In this document: piece by piece, positions 38,300 through 64,000 of the stretch
Numbering within the stretch: the first letter of the stretch is position 1
How the letters are laid out: each line of letters opens with the position of its first letter
From: the human T2T-CHM13v2.0 reference genome, Homo sapiens
Assembly: GCF_009914755.1 (NCBI RefSeq)
Contig: NC_060936.1
DNA length: 64,000 nucleotides
Direction: 5' to 3' (one strand)
Position numbers and translations under genes: made by a program
Notes under the pieces: model-generated
Seen by the model: the letters and a program-made list of their open reading frames with translations, nothing else
Databases searched by the model: none
Told to the model about the DNA's origin: nothing

Positions 38300-38300
<1 letters not shown>
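35790..38300 (-). mobile_element. Older L1PA/L1PB 3' portion, interrupted by an LTR
   Basis: Antisense L1 3'UTR at ~35790 followed by degraded ORF2. Confidence 0.8.
37000..37622 (+). mobile_element. ERV1-class solo LTR (MER61-like, subfamily tentative)
   Basis: TG...CA termini, TATAAAA at ~37427 and ATTAAA at ~37517; L1 sequence resumes on both sides. Confidence 0.75.
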
Positions 38301-43645
<5,345 letters not shown>

Positions 43646-43667
43646 CCACAATGAGATACCATCTCAT

Positions 43668-46600
43668 TGAATTTTGATTTGCATTTCTCTAATGAGCAGT
43701 GATGATGAACTTTTTTTCATATGTTTGTTGGCCACATAAATGTCTTCTTTTGAGAAGTGTCTCTCCATATCCTTTCCCACTTTTTGATGGGGTTCTTTGT
43801 TTTTTTCTTAAGTTCCTTGTAGATTCTGGATATTAGACCTTTGTCAGATGGATGGATTGCAAAAATTTTCTCCCATTCTGTAGGTTGCCTGTTTACTCTG
43901 ATGATAGTTTCTTTTGCTGTGCAGGAGATCTTCAGCTTAATGAGATCCCATTTGTCAATTTTGGCTTTTCCTGCAATTGTTTTTGGTGTTTTGGTCATGA
44001 AGTCTTTGCCCATGCCTATGTCCTGGATGGTATTGCTTAGGTTTTCTTCTAGGGTTTTTATGGTTTTAGGTCTTACTTTCAAGTGTCAGATCCATCTTGA
44101 TTTAATTTTTGTATAAGGTGTATGGAAGGGGTCCAGATTCTACTTTCTGCATATGGCAAGCCAGTTTTCCCAGCACCATTTATTGAACAGGGAATCCTTT
44201 CCCCATTGCTTGTTTTTGTCAGGTTTGTCAAAGATCAGATGGTTGTAGATGTATGGTGTTATTTCTGAGGCTTCTGTTCTGTTCCATTGGTATATATAGC
44301 TGTTTACTTACCAGAACTATGCTATTTTCATTCCTGTAACCTTGTAGTATACTTTGAAGTCAGGTAGTGTGATGCCTCCAGCTTTGTTCTTTTTGCTTAA
44401 GATTCTCTTGGCTATACGGGCTCTTCTTTGGCTCCATATGAAATTTAAAGTAGTTTTTTCTAATTCTGTGAAGAAAGTCAATGGTAACTTGATGGGAATA
44501 CCATTGAATCTATAAATTACTTTGGGCAGTATGTCTGTCTTCACGACATTGAATCTTCCTATCTATGACCATGGAATGTTTTTCCATTTGTTTGTATCCT
44601 CTCTTAGTTCCTTCAGCAATGGTTTGTAGTTCTTCTTGAAGAGGTCTCTCATCTCCTTTGTAAGTTGTATTCCTAGGTATTTTATTCTCTTTCTAGCAAT
44701 TGTGAATGGGAGTTCACTCATGATTTGGCTCTCTGCTTGTCTATTGTTGGTGTATAGGAATGCTTGTGACTTTTGCACATTGATTTTGTATCCCGAGACT
44801 TTGCTGAGGTTGCTTATAAGCTTAAGGAGTTTTTGGGCTGAGACGATGGGGTTTTCTAAATATACAATCATGTCATTGGCAAACAGAGACAATTTGACGT
44901 CCTTTTTTCCTATTTGGATACTCTTTATTTCTTTCTCTTGCCTGATTTTCCTGCCAGAACTTCCAATACTATGTTGAATAGGAGTAGCGAGAGACGGCAT
45001 CCTTGTCTTGTGCTGGTTTTCAAAGAGAATGCTTCCAGTTTTTGCCTATTCAGTATGATATTGGCTGTGGGCTTGTCATAAATAGCTCTTATTATTTTGA
45101 GATATGTTCCATCAATACCTAGTTTATTGAGAATTTTTAATATGAAGTGGTGTTGAATCTTATCAAAGGCCTTTTCTGCATCTATTGAGATAATCATGTG
45201 GTTTTTGTCACTGGTTCTGCTTATGTGATGGATTACGTGTATTGATTTGCCTACTTCTGTCAATTTGTCTATCTCATTCTCCATCCAGTTTTGTGCCCTT
45301 GCTGAAGAAGAACTGCGATCATTTGGAGGAGAAGAGGCATTCTGGTTTTTGGAATTCTCAGTGTTTTTGTGCTGTTTTTTCTTCATCTTCATGGATTTAT
45401 CTACCTTTGATCTTTGAGGCTGATGACCTTCAGATGGGATTTTTGTGGAGGGGTCCTTTTTGCTGATCTTGATGCTATTGTTTTTTTTTTGGTTAGTTTT
45501 TCTTCTAACAGTCAGGCCTCTCTTCTGCAGATCTGCTGCAGTTTGCTAGAGGTCCACTCCAGACCCTCTTTGCCTGAGTATCACCAGTGGAGGCTGCAGA
45601 ACAGCAAAGATTACTGCCTGCTCCTTCCTCTGGAAGCTTTGTCCCAGAGGGGCACCGAATTGATGCCAGCTGGAGCTCTCCTGTATGCAGTGTCTGTTGA
45701 CCCCTGTTGGGAAGTCTCTCCCAGTCAGGAGGCATGGGGGCTCAGGGACCCACTTGAGGAGGCAGTCTGTCCCTTAGCAGAGCTGGTGTGCTGTGCTGGG
45801 AGAATCCCTCTTGTCAGGATTAGTTGGTCTCTTCAGAGCCAGCATGCAGGAGAGATTAAATCCGCTGAAGCTGCATCCACAGCCGCCCTTTCGCCCAGCT
45901 GCTCTGTCCCAGGGAGACGGGAGTTTATCTGTAAGCCCCATGGGGCTGTTACCTTTCCTTCAGAGATGCCCTGTCCATTGAGGAGGAATCTAGAGAAGCA
46001 GTCTGGCCACAGATGCTCTGCTGCACTGTGGTAAATTCTGCCCAGTCTAAATGTCCTAGCCTCCTTAGCACTATCAGGGGAAAACTACCTACTAAAGCCT
46101 CAGTAATGGCAGATGCCCCTCCCCCCACCAAGCTGGATCATCCCAGGTTGATTTCAGAATGCTCTGCTGGCAGTGAGAATATCAAGCCAGTGGTTCTTAG
46201 CTTGCTGAGCTCCATGGGAGTGGGACCCACTGAGCAATACCACTGGGCTCCCTGGCTTCAGCCCCCTTTCCAGGGAAGTGAACAGTTCTGTCTTGCTGAG
46301 GTTCCAGGTGCCACTGGGGTATGAAAAAAACTCCTGCAGCTAGCTCAGTGTCTGCCCAAACAGCCACCCAGCTTTGTTCTTAAAACTCAGGGCCCAGGTG
46401 GCGTAGGCACATGAGAGAATCTCCTGATCTGCAGATTGCAAAAACCATGGCAAAAGCATAGGAAAACATGTAGTATCTGCACCAGATAGCACAGTCCCTC
46501 ATGGCTTCCTTTGACTGTGGGAGGGAGGTTCCCCCGGCTCCTTGCACTTCCCAGGTGAAGTGATGCCCCACCCTGCTTCTGCTCACCCTCCATGGGTTGT

Positions 46601-46712
46601 ACCCAGTGCCTAACCAGTACCAATGAGATAAACTGGGTATCTCAGTTGGAAATGCAGAAATCACCTGCCTTCTGCATTGGTGTCAATAGGAATTGCAGAC
46701 TGGAGCTGGCCT
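43668..46712 (-). mobile_element. L1PA7/8-like element with a large internal deletion
   Basis: 5'UTR 46712-45400, then the ORF1 start joined at ~45250 to the ORF2 RT region; ORF2 continues to ~43670. Confidence 0.82.
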
Positions 46713-49360
46713 GAAATCCTGTAATGTCATTCTTTGTCCTTCATTTTTGTTGGTTTAAATCTTTTTTTCTGATGTGATAATATGACTCCCGTTCTTTGTT
46801 TTTTTTTCTTTCCCGGTTGCATGGCAGTCCTTATTCTATCCCTTTATTTTAAGACTGTGGGTGTTGTTACTTGTGAGATGAGTCTCTTGAAGGCAGCAGA
46901 TGGTTGGTTATTTTCTTTTTATCCAGCTTGCCACTCTGTCTTTTAAGTGGGTTGTTTAGCCTGTTTACATTCATGGTCAGTATTGATATGTGTGATTTTG
47001 AAACCATCACCATGTGGTCAGCAGGTTGTTATGTAGATTTGATTGTGAATTTGCTTTATAGTACTTATGGGCCATAAGTTTAAGTGTGTTTTGTGGTAGC
47101 AGGTGTCAATCTTTTAGTTCCATGTTTAGCTCTCCCTTAATAACCTCTTGTAAGGCCGATTTGTTTAAAAAAATTCCCTCAAAATTTGCTTGAGAAGGAT
47201 TTTTTTCCACTTAAGAAGCTTAGTTCAGTGGAATATGAAATTCTTGGTTGGAATTTTTTCCTTCTGGGTGCTGAAAATATGCCCCCAATATCTTCTGGCT
47301 TCTAAGGTTTCTGCTGAGATGTCTGCTGGTAGCCTAATGGCATCCCCTCTGTCTGTGACTTCACCCTTCAATCTAGCTGCCTTTAAGATACTTTTCTTTT
47401 GTATTGACATTGTGAATTTGATGACTATGTGCCTTCAGTCTGGTCATTGTGTATAGTATCTCATTGGGATTCCCTATATTTATTAGATTGTGTGTCAACC
47501 TCTCTAGTGAGATTAGGGAAATTTTCTTGGACTATGTCCTCAAATATGTTTTCTAAGTTGTTTATTCTCTCTCCTCCTCTCGAAGATGCCAAGGAGTTGT
47601 AGATTTTGTCTCTTTACATAATCCCACATTTCTTGAAGGATTTGTTCAATTTTTAAAATTCTTTTTTCTGTATTTTTGTCTGACTGAGTTGATTTGATGA
47701 TCTGGTCTTTGAGTTCAGAGATTATTTCCTCAGTTTGGTCCATTCTGCTGTTAGTACTTCTGATTGTATTATAAAATACTGTAGTGAAATTTTTAGCTCC
47801 AGAAGTTCAGTCCAGTTATTTCTCAAAATGACTATTTCATCTTTCAGCTCATTTATTGTCTTACTCTATTTGTTGGATTCCTTGGATTAGGTTTCAACTT
47901 TCTTGTGAATCTTGATGAGTTTTCTTGCCATCCAGATTCTGAATTCTATGTTTGTCCAGTCATTTCTGACTGGTGAAGAACTATTGCTGGGGAGCTAGTG
48001 GACTAGTTTGGAGGTAAGAGAGAACTCTGGCTGCTTGAATTGCCAGAGTTCTTGCACCAGTTTTTTCTCATCTGGGAGGACGGATGTTCTTTTAACTGTG
48101 GGGTAAGTTTAGTCACTTGGCTTCATTTCTGAAAACTTTCAATGGGACACACAGGGAAGACAGTTTGGCTGTCTCTCCACAGGGTGGCTGCGATGTATTG
48201 GAGGCATGAACAAAGAAGCAAAGCAATCAGGGTATTTGTTCCTTCTCCAGCCCAGGAACAGCAAGGGTGGGTACCACAGTAGGCAGTCATAGAGGGGCTC
48301 TCAGTTGCCTCTGGGAGAATCACAGATCCACTACCAATCAGAGTAATCATCCAGGGCTAGGGTGTCTGCACTGCAGGCCCAAGCCAGAGGGCTATGCCTG
48401 GCAAAACCAGAAGGGTCAGAGACTATCGGGGAAGATGAGCTGTCCTCTTTGTAGGATGGCCACTGGCACTTTAATTGCCTGAAATTAGTCAGACTCTTTG
48501 TATCCTCCATATCCTAGGGGGAGAAGGGACTGGAATCACTGTGGAGGCAATGGCAGAGAGCCTGATGGTTGCCTCTGGGAGTTCCACTTTAGAGCAATAC
48601 AGGACGGCCATTGCCATTGAATAAAGTGATCAGGCAGGGGAAAGGCAGCTGCATTGGGCCCCAGGCCAGGAGATCCTGCCCAGTAAGATGTAGCAGGGTC
48701 GAGAAGCCATGTGGACAATGGCCTGGCCACTTTTCCATATGGCAGTGCAGCACGCTGGAGGCCAATGACAGTTCTTGGGCTATTCACTCCATCCCCAGCC
48801 TGACGGCAGCAGTGGCAGGGAGCATGACAGCAGCATTCACAGCAAGCCTGTCAGTTACATCTGGGAGCTCCATTACAGAGAAATAAAGAGCTACAACCAG
48901 CTGTAGTGCTCAGGCAGGAATGGAGTGGCTACATCATGGTAACAGGCCAATTGGCTTTGCTTGGAGAGATGCAGCAGAGGCAAGGCCTGAAGTCCATCTG
49001 CTCCTCAGCACTGTGGATGTGGCCAATAACATGAGGGTATTTAAGACCGCCTGACAACTCTTGTTGGGAGGCCTATGGGATCTGTTGCTGAGGTCCTCAA
49101 CAACAGAGGACCTTGCATTCCTTGAGGAATGCAAGACCTATGGGACTACACATGGGCCTGAGAAGCCTCTCTACCCAGATAGCAGGCAGATCTTCATGTT
49201 GGTCTGAAGGCTAGGGGAGAGAAAGCAGTTAGAGGGGATCTCCCATGCCCAGGAATGAAAGTTCTGTTGCAGAAGTGTTGGTCCCCTGGGATTCTTGCTC
49301 ACTCACCCTTTCTCCATGGTAGAAAGGTCCCCTTGGCTCTGTACCTATCCCAGGCCAGGA
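46713..49360 (-). mobile_element. Older L1 5' half (5'UTR, ORF1, start of ORF2)
   Basis: ORF1-like fragments 47225-47410 and 47540-47743; GC-richer 5'UTR at ~48100-49350. Confidence 0.7.
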
Positions 49361-50048
49361 GAGAGAGAATATTGAAATCAGTAAGAAATGACATAATCGA
49401 ATACAGGGGAAACTACATAATACTATCAGCAAACATTTTAACAAAAATTTTGCAAGACAAAAGACAGTGGGCTGATATATTCAAAGTGCTGAAAAAGAAA
49501 AAAATCTTCAAACCAAAATACTAAACCTGGAAAAACTGTTCTTCAGGAATGAAAGGAAAATAAAGACATTTCCAGATAAACAAAAGCTGAGGGAGTTCAC
49601 CACCACTAGACTTGCCTTACAAGAAATGCTCAAGAGAATTTCCACAGTTGCAATGAAATAACGCTAATTAATAACATTAAAAACAAAAATAAAAAAACTC
49701 ACTTGTAAAGGTAAATATGTAGTCAAATTCAGAATACTCTAATACTGTAATGGTCGTGTAAATCATTCATATTACTAGTATAAACTTAAAAGACAAAACT
49801 ATCAAAAAGACTTATACCTACAATAATTTGTTAAAGGATACACAACATTTAAAAATGTAAATTGTGCATCAAAAACATTAAATGAGGGAAAAAGTGTAGA
49901 GTTGTGATATGCAATCAAACTGGAGTTGTTATTAGTTTAAAATAAATTGGCATAACTGCAAGATTTTCTATGTTAGCTTCATTTTAATCACAAATCAAAA
50001 ACCTATAGCAGATACACAAAAGAAAAAGAGAAAGAAATCAAAACATAC

Positions 50049-50427
50049 TGATATGGTTTGGCTCTGTGTCCCTACCCAAATCTCATCTCAAATTGTAATC
50101 CCCATAATCCCTACATGTGGAGGGCAGGACCTGGTGGGAGGTGATTGGATCATAAGGGCAGTTGCTCCCACGCTGTTCTCATGATAGTGAGTGAGTTTTC
50201 ACTTGAGATCTGATGGTTTTATAAGGGGCTCCTCCCCCTTCACTTCCTTCACGTGTTCTCTCCCTTGTCACCATGTAAGACATGCCTGCTTACCCTTCTG
50301 CTGTAATTGTAAGTTTCCTGAGGCCTCCCCAGCCATGCAGAACTGTGAGTCAATGAAACCTCTTTATTTTATAAATTACCCAGTCTCAGGTAGTATTTTT
50401 ATAGCAGTGTGAGAATGGATTAATATA
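50049..50427 (+). mobile_element. THE1D/MST-type (MaLR) solo LTR
   Basis: tgatatggtttggctctgtgtcc...aattacccagtctcaggtag...taatata; 5-bp TSD catac / tatac. Confidence 0.9.
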
Positions 50428-51979
50428 TATACCATTACAGAAAATAATAAAATCACAAAAGTATAAAAAAAGAGAAAAAGAAAGGAACAAAAGATCTCCA
50501 AAAAACCACAAACAATAAAATGGTAGTAGCAAATTTTTTTCTATCAATGATTACCTTGAATCAAGAAAGAATGAACTATTCAATCAAAAGACATAGATTG
50601 GCTGAATGGAAAAACAAGACACCCAGCTATATGGTGCCTACAAGAGACCCATTTCAGCTTAAGTACAAATGTAGACTGAAAGGGAAGGAATAAAGAAAGA
50701 TAATTCATGCAAATAGAAACCAAGAGACAGCAGGAATAGCTATACTTCTATCAGACAAAATAAACTATAACTCAAAAACTGTAATATATACACTTAGCAA
50801 GAGATCACCTAAATATATAGGCCAAATATTAATAGGTCTGATGAGGAAGATAGATAGCAATACATTAATAGTAGAGGATTTCGATATGTCAATTCAATAA
50901 CAGATTACTCAGACAGAAATTCAATAATACACAGGACTTGAAATGAACTTTAAACCAAATAAGTCTATCAGACATATACAGAACATTTCATCCCAAAGCA
51001 GAAGAATAAACATTCTTATGAAGCGCACATAAGTCATTCTCCAGGATAGATTACATGTCAGGCCACAAAAAAGTCTTCAAAAATTTTAAAAAGATTGAAA
51101 TCATACTAAGCATTTTTTCTGACCACAAAGGTATGAGATGAAAAACCATTAACAGGGTGAGATTTTAAAAATCCCGAAATATGCAGAAAGTAAACAACAT
51201 GCTCCTGAATAACCAATGGATCAGAGAAGAAATCAAGAAGGAAATAAAAAAGATCTTGAGACTGACAAATGAAAATGGAAATAGTAAAACTTATGGTATG
51301 CAGAAAAAACAGTTCTAGGAGAAAATTTATAGCAATAAACACCTACATAAAAAAGAAGAAAGATCTGAAATAAAGAATTCAATTTTACAACTCAAGGAAC
51401 TAGATGAAGAACAACAAAGCATAAATTTTGTAGAAGAAAGAAAATAATAAAGAACAAATTAGAAATCAACGAAATAACCTATAAAACAATAGAAAAGTTA
51501 ATGAGCTTAAGAGTTAGTTTTTTGAGAAGATAAATGAAATTGACAAACATTTAGTTAGACTAAGAATAAAGGGAGAATAATCAAGTAAATAAAATCAGAC
51601 ATGAAAGAGGCAGCATTATAACTTACATTGTATAAATGTACAGTGCCATAAAAGACTATTGTGAACAATTATACATCAAATAGTTGGATAACTTGGAAGA
51701 AACTGATATAGTCCTTGAAACATACAATCTATTAAGAATAAATCACTAAGAAATAGAAAATATCAACTGATCAATAATTAGTAAGGGCATTGAAAAAGTA
51801 ATCAAGATTTCTCAAGGACTGCAGGGCTTGACAGCTTTATAACAAACATTTAAATAATAGCTGATACCATTGGCCTACATACCTACTTTTTTTTTTTTTT
51901 TTAACTAGTACCATGTTGTTTGGGTAACTATAGCCTGGTAGTATAGTTTGAAGTAAGGTAATGTGATGCTCTAGATGTA

Positions 51980-58466
<6,487 letters not shown>

Positions 58467-58524
58467 TTTATTTTTATTTTTATTTTTTGCTTAGTCTTGC
58501 TTTGGCTATGTGGGCTCTGTTTTG

Positions 58525-58796
58525 GATTCAAGAACTTGGTGTCAATGTGGTGAAAAGGGAGCACTTTTACACTCCTAATGGGACTATAAACTTGTACAAC
58601 CACTATGGAAAACAGTATGGAGATTCCTTAAAGAACTATAAGTAGAAGTGCCATTTGATCCAGCAATCCCACTACTGGGTATCTACCCAGAAGAAAAGAA
58701 GTCATTACATGAAAAAGACACTTCTACATGCATAGAACTAGCCTAAATGCCCATCAACCAAGGAGTTGATAAAGAAAATGTGGTATATATATATAT

Positions 58797-58849
<53 letters not shown>

Positions 58850-59225
58850 ACACACCCTGGAATACTACTCGCTCATAATAAGAAAAAAAAAATAATAGCA
58901 TTCGCAGCAACTTGGATGGAGCTGGAGACCATTATTCTAAGTGAAGTAACTCAGAAATGGAAAATCACTTATGTTTTCACTTATAAGTGGGAGCTAAGCT
59001 ATGAGGACACAAAGGCATATGAATGATATAATGGACTTTGCGGATTCAGGGGAAGGGTAGGAGGGGGGCAAGGAATAAAAGAATACATACTGTGTACAGT
59101 GTACACTGCTTGAGTGATGGGTGCACCAAAATCTCCGAAATCACCACTAAATAACTTATCCATATAACCAAAAACCACCTGTTCTCCCGAAACTATTGAA
59201 ATATAATTAAATTTAATCTAATTTA
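58525..59225 (+). mobile_element. L1PB-type 3' end; its inverted 5' part is at 51885-51980 and 58485-58522
   Basis: ORF2 C-terminus and 3'UTR on plus. Short antisense ORF2 pieces flank the full-length L1PA and join across it. Confidence 0.72.
58801..58855. repeat. (CA)n microsatellite
   Basis: About 22 uninterrupted CA units plus an interrupted tail. Confidence 0.97.
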
Positions 59226-60758
59226 AAAAGAAGAACTAATACTAATCCTTCACAAACTCTTCTAAAAATTCAAAGAGGAGGGAATACTTTCAAACTCATT
59301 TTATGAGTCCAGCATTACCCTGATACTAAAGCAAAACAAGCACACTACAAAAAGAAAATAACAGGAAATAACAGGACAATATCCCTAATGAACATAGATG
59401 CAAAAATCTTCAACATAATAGTACCAAATTGAATTTAACAGCATGTTAAAAGGATCATTTACCATTATTAAGTGGGATGTATTACTGGAATGCAAGTGTA
59501 GTTCAACCTATGCAAATCAATAAACATAATACACCATTTTAATGGAATAAATGACAAAAAACTATATGGTCATCTCAATAGATGCAGAAAGACATTTGAC
59601 AAAATTTAACATCTTTTTAAAATAAAAACTATCAACAATTAAGTATATATAAAATACATCTTTACATAATTAAAGGGCATATATGACAAGCCCACAGCTA
59701 ACATCATACTCCATTGTGAAAAATTAAAAGATATTTCTAATTTCAGGATCAAAACAAGGATATTCACTCTCACCATTTTTAGTCAACATAGTACTGAAAG
59801 TTCTAGCCATAGCAATTAGGCTAAAAAAAATTAAAGGTACCCAAATTGGAAAGAAAAAGGTTAAATTGGCTCTGCAGACAACTTGATTTTAGATACAGAA
59901 AACCATAAAGTCTTAACCAAAAAACTGTTACAAATAATCAATTAATTCAGTAAATTTACAGGATACCAAAACAACATACAAAAATTAATAATGTTTCAAT
60001 GCACTAATAGTAAGCCATTTGAAAAAAAATTGAGAAAACAATCTCACTTTACAAAAGCATTAAAAAATGCTTAGGAATATAGTTGACCAAAAAAGTAAAA
60101 GATCTGTACACTGAAAACTATGTAACAATGATGAAAAAAATTGAAGAAGACAAAAATAAATAGAAAGATATCCTGTTTTCATGAACTGGAATAATCAATA
60201 TTATTAAAATGTTTGTAACACCCAACACAACCTACTAATTCAATGTAATCTTCATCAGTATCCCAGTGGCATTTTTACTGAAATAGAGAAAAATAGTCTT
60301 AAAATTCATATAAAATCACAGAAGACCTCAAATAGCCGACATCTTCAGCAGAAAGGACAAAGCTGAAAATATCACTATTTTAGTTCAAATTTGCTACAAA
60401 GGTGAATAATCCAAACAGCTTGGTATTGGCACAATAGAGATATGTAGACCAACTGAACAGAATGGAGATCCTAGAAGTAAATCCACACATTTATGGTCAA
60501 CTTGCTTTCAACAAGTGCCAAGAAAACACAATAGACAAAAGACAATCTTTTCAATAAATAGTGTAAAGGAAACTAGATATTCACAAGCATAAAAAAGAAA
60601 TGGGACCCTTTTCTTATCCTTTATAAAAAATCAACACAAAATAAACAACTAAATGTAAGACATGAAGCTGTAAAACTACTAAAGGAAAACACAATGAAAA
60701 ATCTTCTTGACATTGATCTGGGCAAAGACATTTTGACATTACCTCAAACCAAAAGCAA

Positions 60759-63700
60759 GAGGGTGGCTGGCAAGATGGCCAAATAGGAACAGCTCCTGTC
60801 TGCAGCTCCCAGCAAGATCAACACAGAAGGTGGGCGATTCCTGCATTTCCAACTGAGGTAGCCAGTTCATCTCATTGGGACTGGTTAGACAGTGAGTGAA
60901 TCCCACAAAGAGCGAGCTGAAGCAGGGTGTGGTGATGCCTCACCTGGGAAGTGGAAGGGGTCGGAAAACTCACTCCCTTAGCCAAGGGAAGCTGTGAGGG
61001 ACTGTGCCATGAGGAATGATGCACTCCAGCCCATATACTAGGCTTTTCCCATGGTCTTCACAACTTGCAGACCAGGAGATTCTCTCAGGTGCCTACACCA
61101 CCAGAGCCCTGGGTTTCAAGCACAAAACTGGGTGGCCATTTGGGCGGGCACCGAGCTAGCCGCAGGAGTTTTTTTCACACCCCAGTGGTGCCTTGAACAC
61201 CTGCAAGACAGAACCATTCACTCCCCTGGAAAGGCGGCTGAAGCCAGGGAGCCAAGTGGTCTAGCTCAGTGGATCCCACCCCCACGGAGCCCAGCAAGCT
61301 AAGATTCACTGGCTTGAAATTCTCACTGCCAGCACAGCAGTCTGAAGTTGACCTGTGATGCTTGAGTGGGGAGGGGCATCTGCCATTATTGAGGCTTGAG
61401 TAGGTGGTTTTCCCCTTACAGTGTAAACAAAGCCACCAGGAAGTTCGAACTGGGTGGAGCCCACCACAGCTCAGCAAAGCCCCTGTAGCCAGACTGCCTC
61501 TCTAGATTCCGCCTGTCTGGGCAGGGCATCTCTGAAAGAAAGGCAGCAGCCCCAGTCAGGGGCTTATAGATAAAACTCCCATCTCCCTGGGACAGAGCAC
61601 CTGGGGGAAGGGTGGCTATGGGTGCAGCTTCAGCAGACTTAAATGTTCCTGCCTGGCAGCTCCAAAGAGAGCAGCAGATTTCCCAGCACAGCGCTGGAGC
61701 TCTGATAAGAGACAGACTGCCTCCTCAAGTGCGTCCCTGACCCCCATGCCGCCTGACTGGGAGACATCTCCCAGCAGGGGTGACAAACACTTCATACAGG
61801 AGAGCTCCTGCTGGCATCTAGTGGGTGCCCTTCTGGGGCGAAGCTTCCATAGGAAGGAACAGGTAGCAATCTTTGCTGTTCTGCAACCTCCACTGGTGAT
61901 ACCCAGGCAAACAGGGTCTAGAGTGGACCTTCAGCAAACTGCAGCAGACCTGCAGCAGAGGGGCCAGACTGTTAGAAGAAAAACTAACAAACAGGAATAG
62001 CATCAACATCAACAAAAAGGATGTCCACACCAAAACCCCAAAGGTCACCAAAAATCCAAAGGTCACCAACATCAACGACCAAATGTAGATAAATCCATGA
62101 AGATGAGGAAAAACTGGTGCAAAAAGGCTGAAAACTCTAAAAACCAGAATGCCTCTTCACCTCCAAAGGATCATAACTCCTCGCCAGCAAGGGAACAAAA
62201 TAAGGGAGAATGAGTTTGACGAATTGACAGAATAGGCTTCAGAAGGTGGGTAATAACAAACTTCTCTGAGCTAAAGGAGCATGTTCTAACCCAATGCAAG
62301 AATGCTAAGAACCTTGAAAAAAGGTTAGAGGAATAGCTAACTAGAATAACTAGTTTAGAAAGGAACATAAATGACCTGATGGAGGTGAAAAACACCCCAA
62401 GAGAATTTCGTGAAGCATATACGAGTAGCAATAGCCAAATCGATCAAGTGGAAGAAAGGATATCAGAGATTGAAGATAAACTTAATGAACTAAATTGTGA
62501 AGACAAAATTAGAGAAAAAAGAATGAAAAGGAACAAACAAACCCTCCAAGAAATACGGGACTATGTGAAAAGACCAAACCTCCATTTCATTGGTGTACCT
62601 GAAAGTGATGGGGAGAATGGAACCAAGTTGGAAAACACTCTTCAGGATATTATCCAGGAGAACTTCCCGAATCTAGCAAGACAGGCCAACATTCAAATTC
62701 AGGACATACAGAGACTACCACAAAGATACTCCTCAAGAAGAGCAATCCCAAGACACATAATCATCAGATTCACCAAGGTTGAAATTAAGGAAAAAATGTT
62801 AAGCACAGCCAGAGAGAAAGGTCGGGTTACCCACAAAGGGAATCCCATCAGACCAACAGCAGATCTCTCTGCAGAGACCCTACAAGCCAGAAGAGAGTGG
62901 GGGCCAATACTAAACCTTCTTAAAGAAAAGAATTTTCAACCCAGAATTTCATATCCAGCCAAACTAGGTTTCATAAGTGAAGGAGAAAAATAATCCTTTA
63001 CAGACAAGCAAATGCTGAGAGATTTTGTCACCACTAGGCCTGCCTCACAAGAGCTTCTGAAGGAAGCACTACGTATGGAAAGGAAAATCTAGTACCAACC
63101 ATGCAAAAACACACAAAAATATAAAGACCAATGACACTATGAAGAAACTGCATCAGCTAATGTGCAAAATAATCAGGTAGCATCATAATGACAGGATTAA
63201 ATTCACACATAACAATATTAACCTTAAATGTAAATGGGCTAAATGCCCCAATTAAAAGGCACAGATTGGCAAATGGATAAAGAGGCAAGACCCATTGGTG
63301 TGTTGTATTCAGGGGACCCATCTCACATGCAAAGACACACATAGGCTCAAAATAAAGGGGTGGAGGAAGATTTACCAAGCAAATGGAAAGAAAAAAAAAG
63401 GGAGGGTTTGCAATCCTAGTCTCTGGTAAAACTGACTTTAAACCAATAAAGATCAAAAGAGACAAAGGCCGTTACATAATGGTAAAGGGATCAATTCAAC
63501 AAGAAGATCTAACTATCCTAAATATATATTCACCCAACACACGAGCACCCAGATTCATAAAGCAAGTTCTTAGAGACCTACAAAGAGACTTAGACTCCCA
63601 CACAGTAATAGTGGGAGACTTTAACACCCCACTCTTAATATTGGACAGATCAACGACACAGAAAATTAATAAGGATATTCAGGACTTGAACTCAGCTTTG

Positions 63701-64000
63701 GACCAAGAAGACCAAATAGACATCTACAGAACTTTCCACCCCAAATCAACAGAATATACATTCTTCTCAGCACCACATCACACTTACTCTAAAATTGACT
63801 ACATAATTGGAAGTAAAACACTCCTCAGCAAATTCAAAAGAACAGAAATAATACCAAACAGTCTCTCAGACCATAGTGCAATCAAATTAGAACTCAGGAT
63901 TAAGAAACTCACTCAAAATTGCACAACTACATGGAAACTGAACAACCTTCTGAATGACTGCTGGGTAAATAACAATATTAAGGCAGAAATAAATAAGTTC
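60759..64000 (+). mobile_element. L1PA7/8-like element: 5'UTR, ORF1 and ORF2 endonuclease region, continuing past the window
   Basis: gagggtggctggcaagatggccaaataggaacagctcc start; ORF1 fragment 62379-62993; ORF2 start atgacaggattaaattcacac at ~63188; stops and frameshifts present. Confidence 0.93.

Noticed and set aside
45414-46034. 206-aa plus-strand ORF
   Set aside because: Antisense reading of an L1 5'UTR; the same frames recur in the other L1s (57398-57742, 61818-62075).

Overview
Human-type natural killer complex (NKG2/KLRC cluster, chr12p13). All genes are on the minus strand. 1-33.5 kb holds three tandem paralogous units: KLRC4 (NKG2F, 158 aa, CDS 4392->2470), KLRC3 (NKG2E, 240 aa, CDS 15372->7389, plus the NKG2H read-through isoform) and KLRC1 (NKG2A, 233 aa, CDS 30531->25921). 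Each was reconstructed exon by exon with GT-AG sites. KLRC2 (NKG2C), normally between KLRC3 and KLRC1, is absent, so this is the common KLRC2-deletion haplotype, with the junction at about 23.6-24.0 kb. 33.5-64 kb is almost all nested retroelements: an old plus-strand L1 split by several younger L1s, Alus and two LTRs. I see no wholly new biological system. The most interesting signals are: an open, spliceable lectin exon downstream of the frameshifted KLRC4 stop; a duplicated in-frame stalk exon in KLRC3; the KLRC4/KLRC1 mosaic ancestry of KLRC3; a deletion that placed an Alu as the NKG2E terminal exon; and a ~138-bp tandem array with antisense splice donors in the L1 5'UTR just upstream of KLRC1. 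Repeat subfamily names and literature points are from memory and need confirmation.
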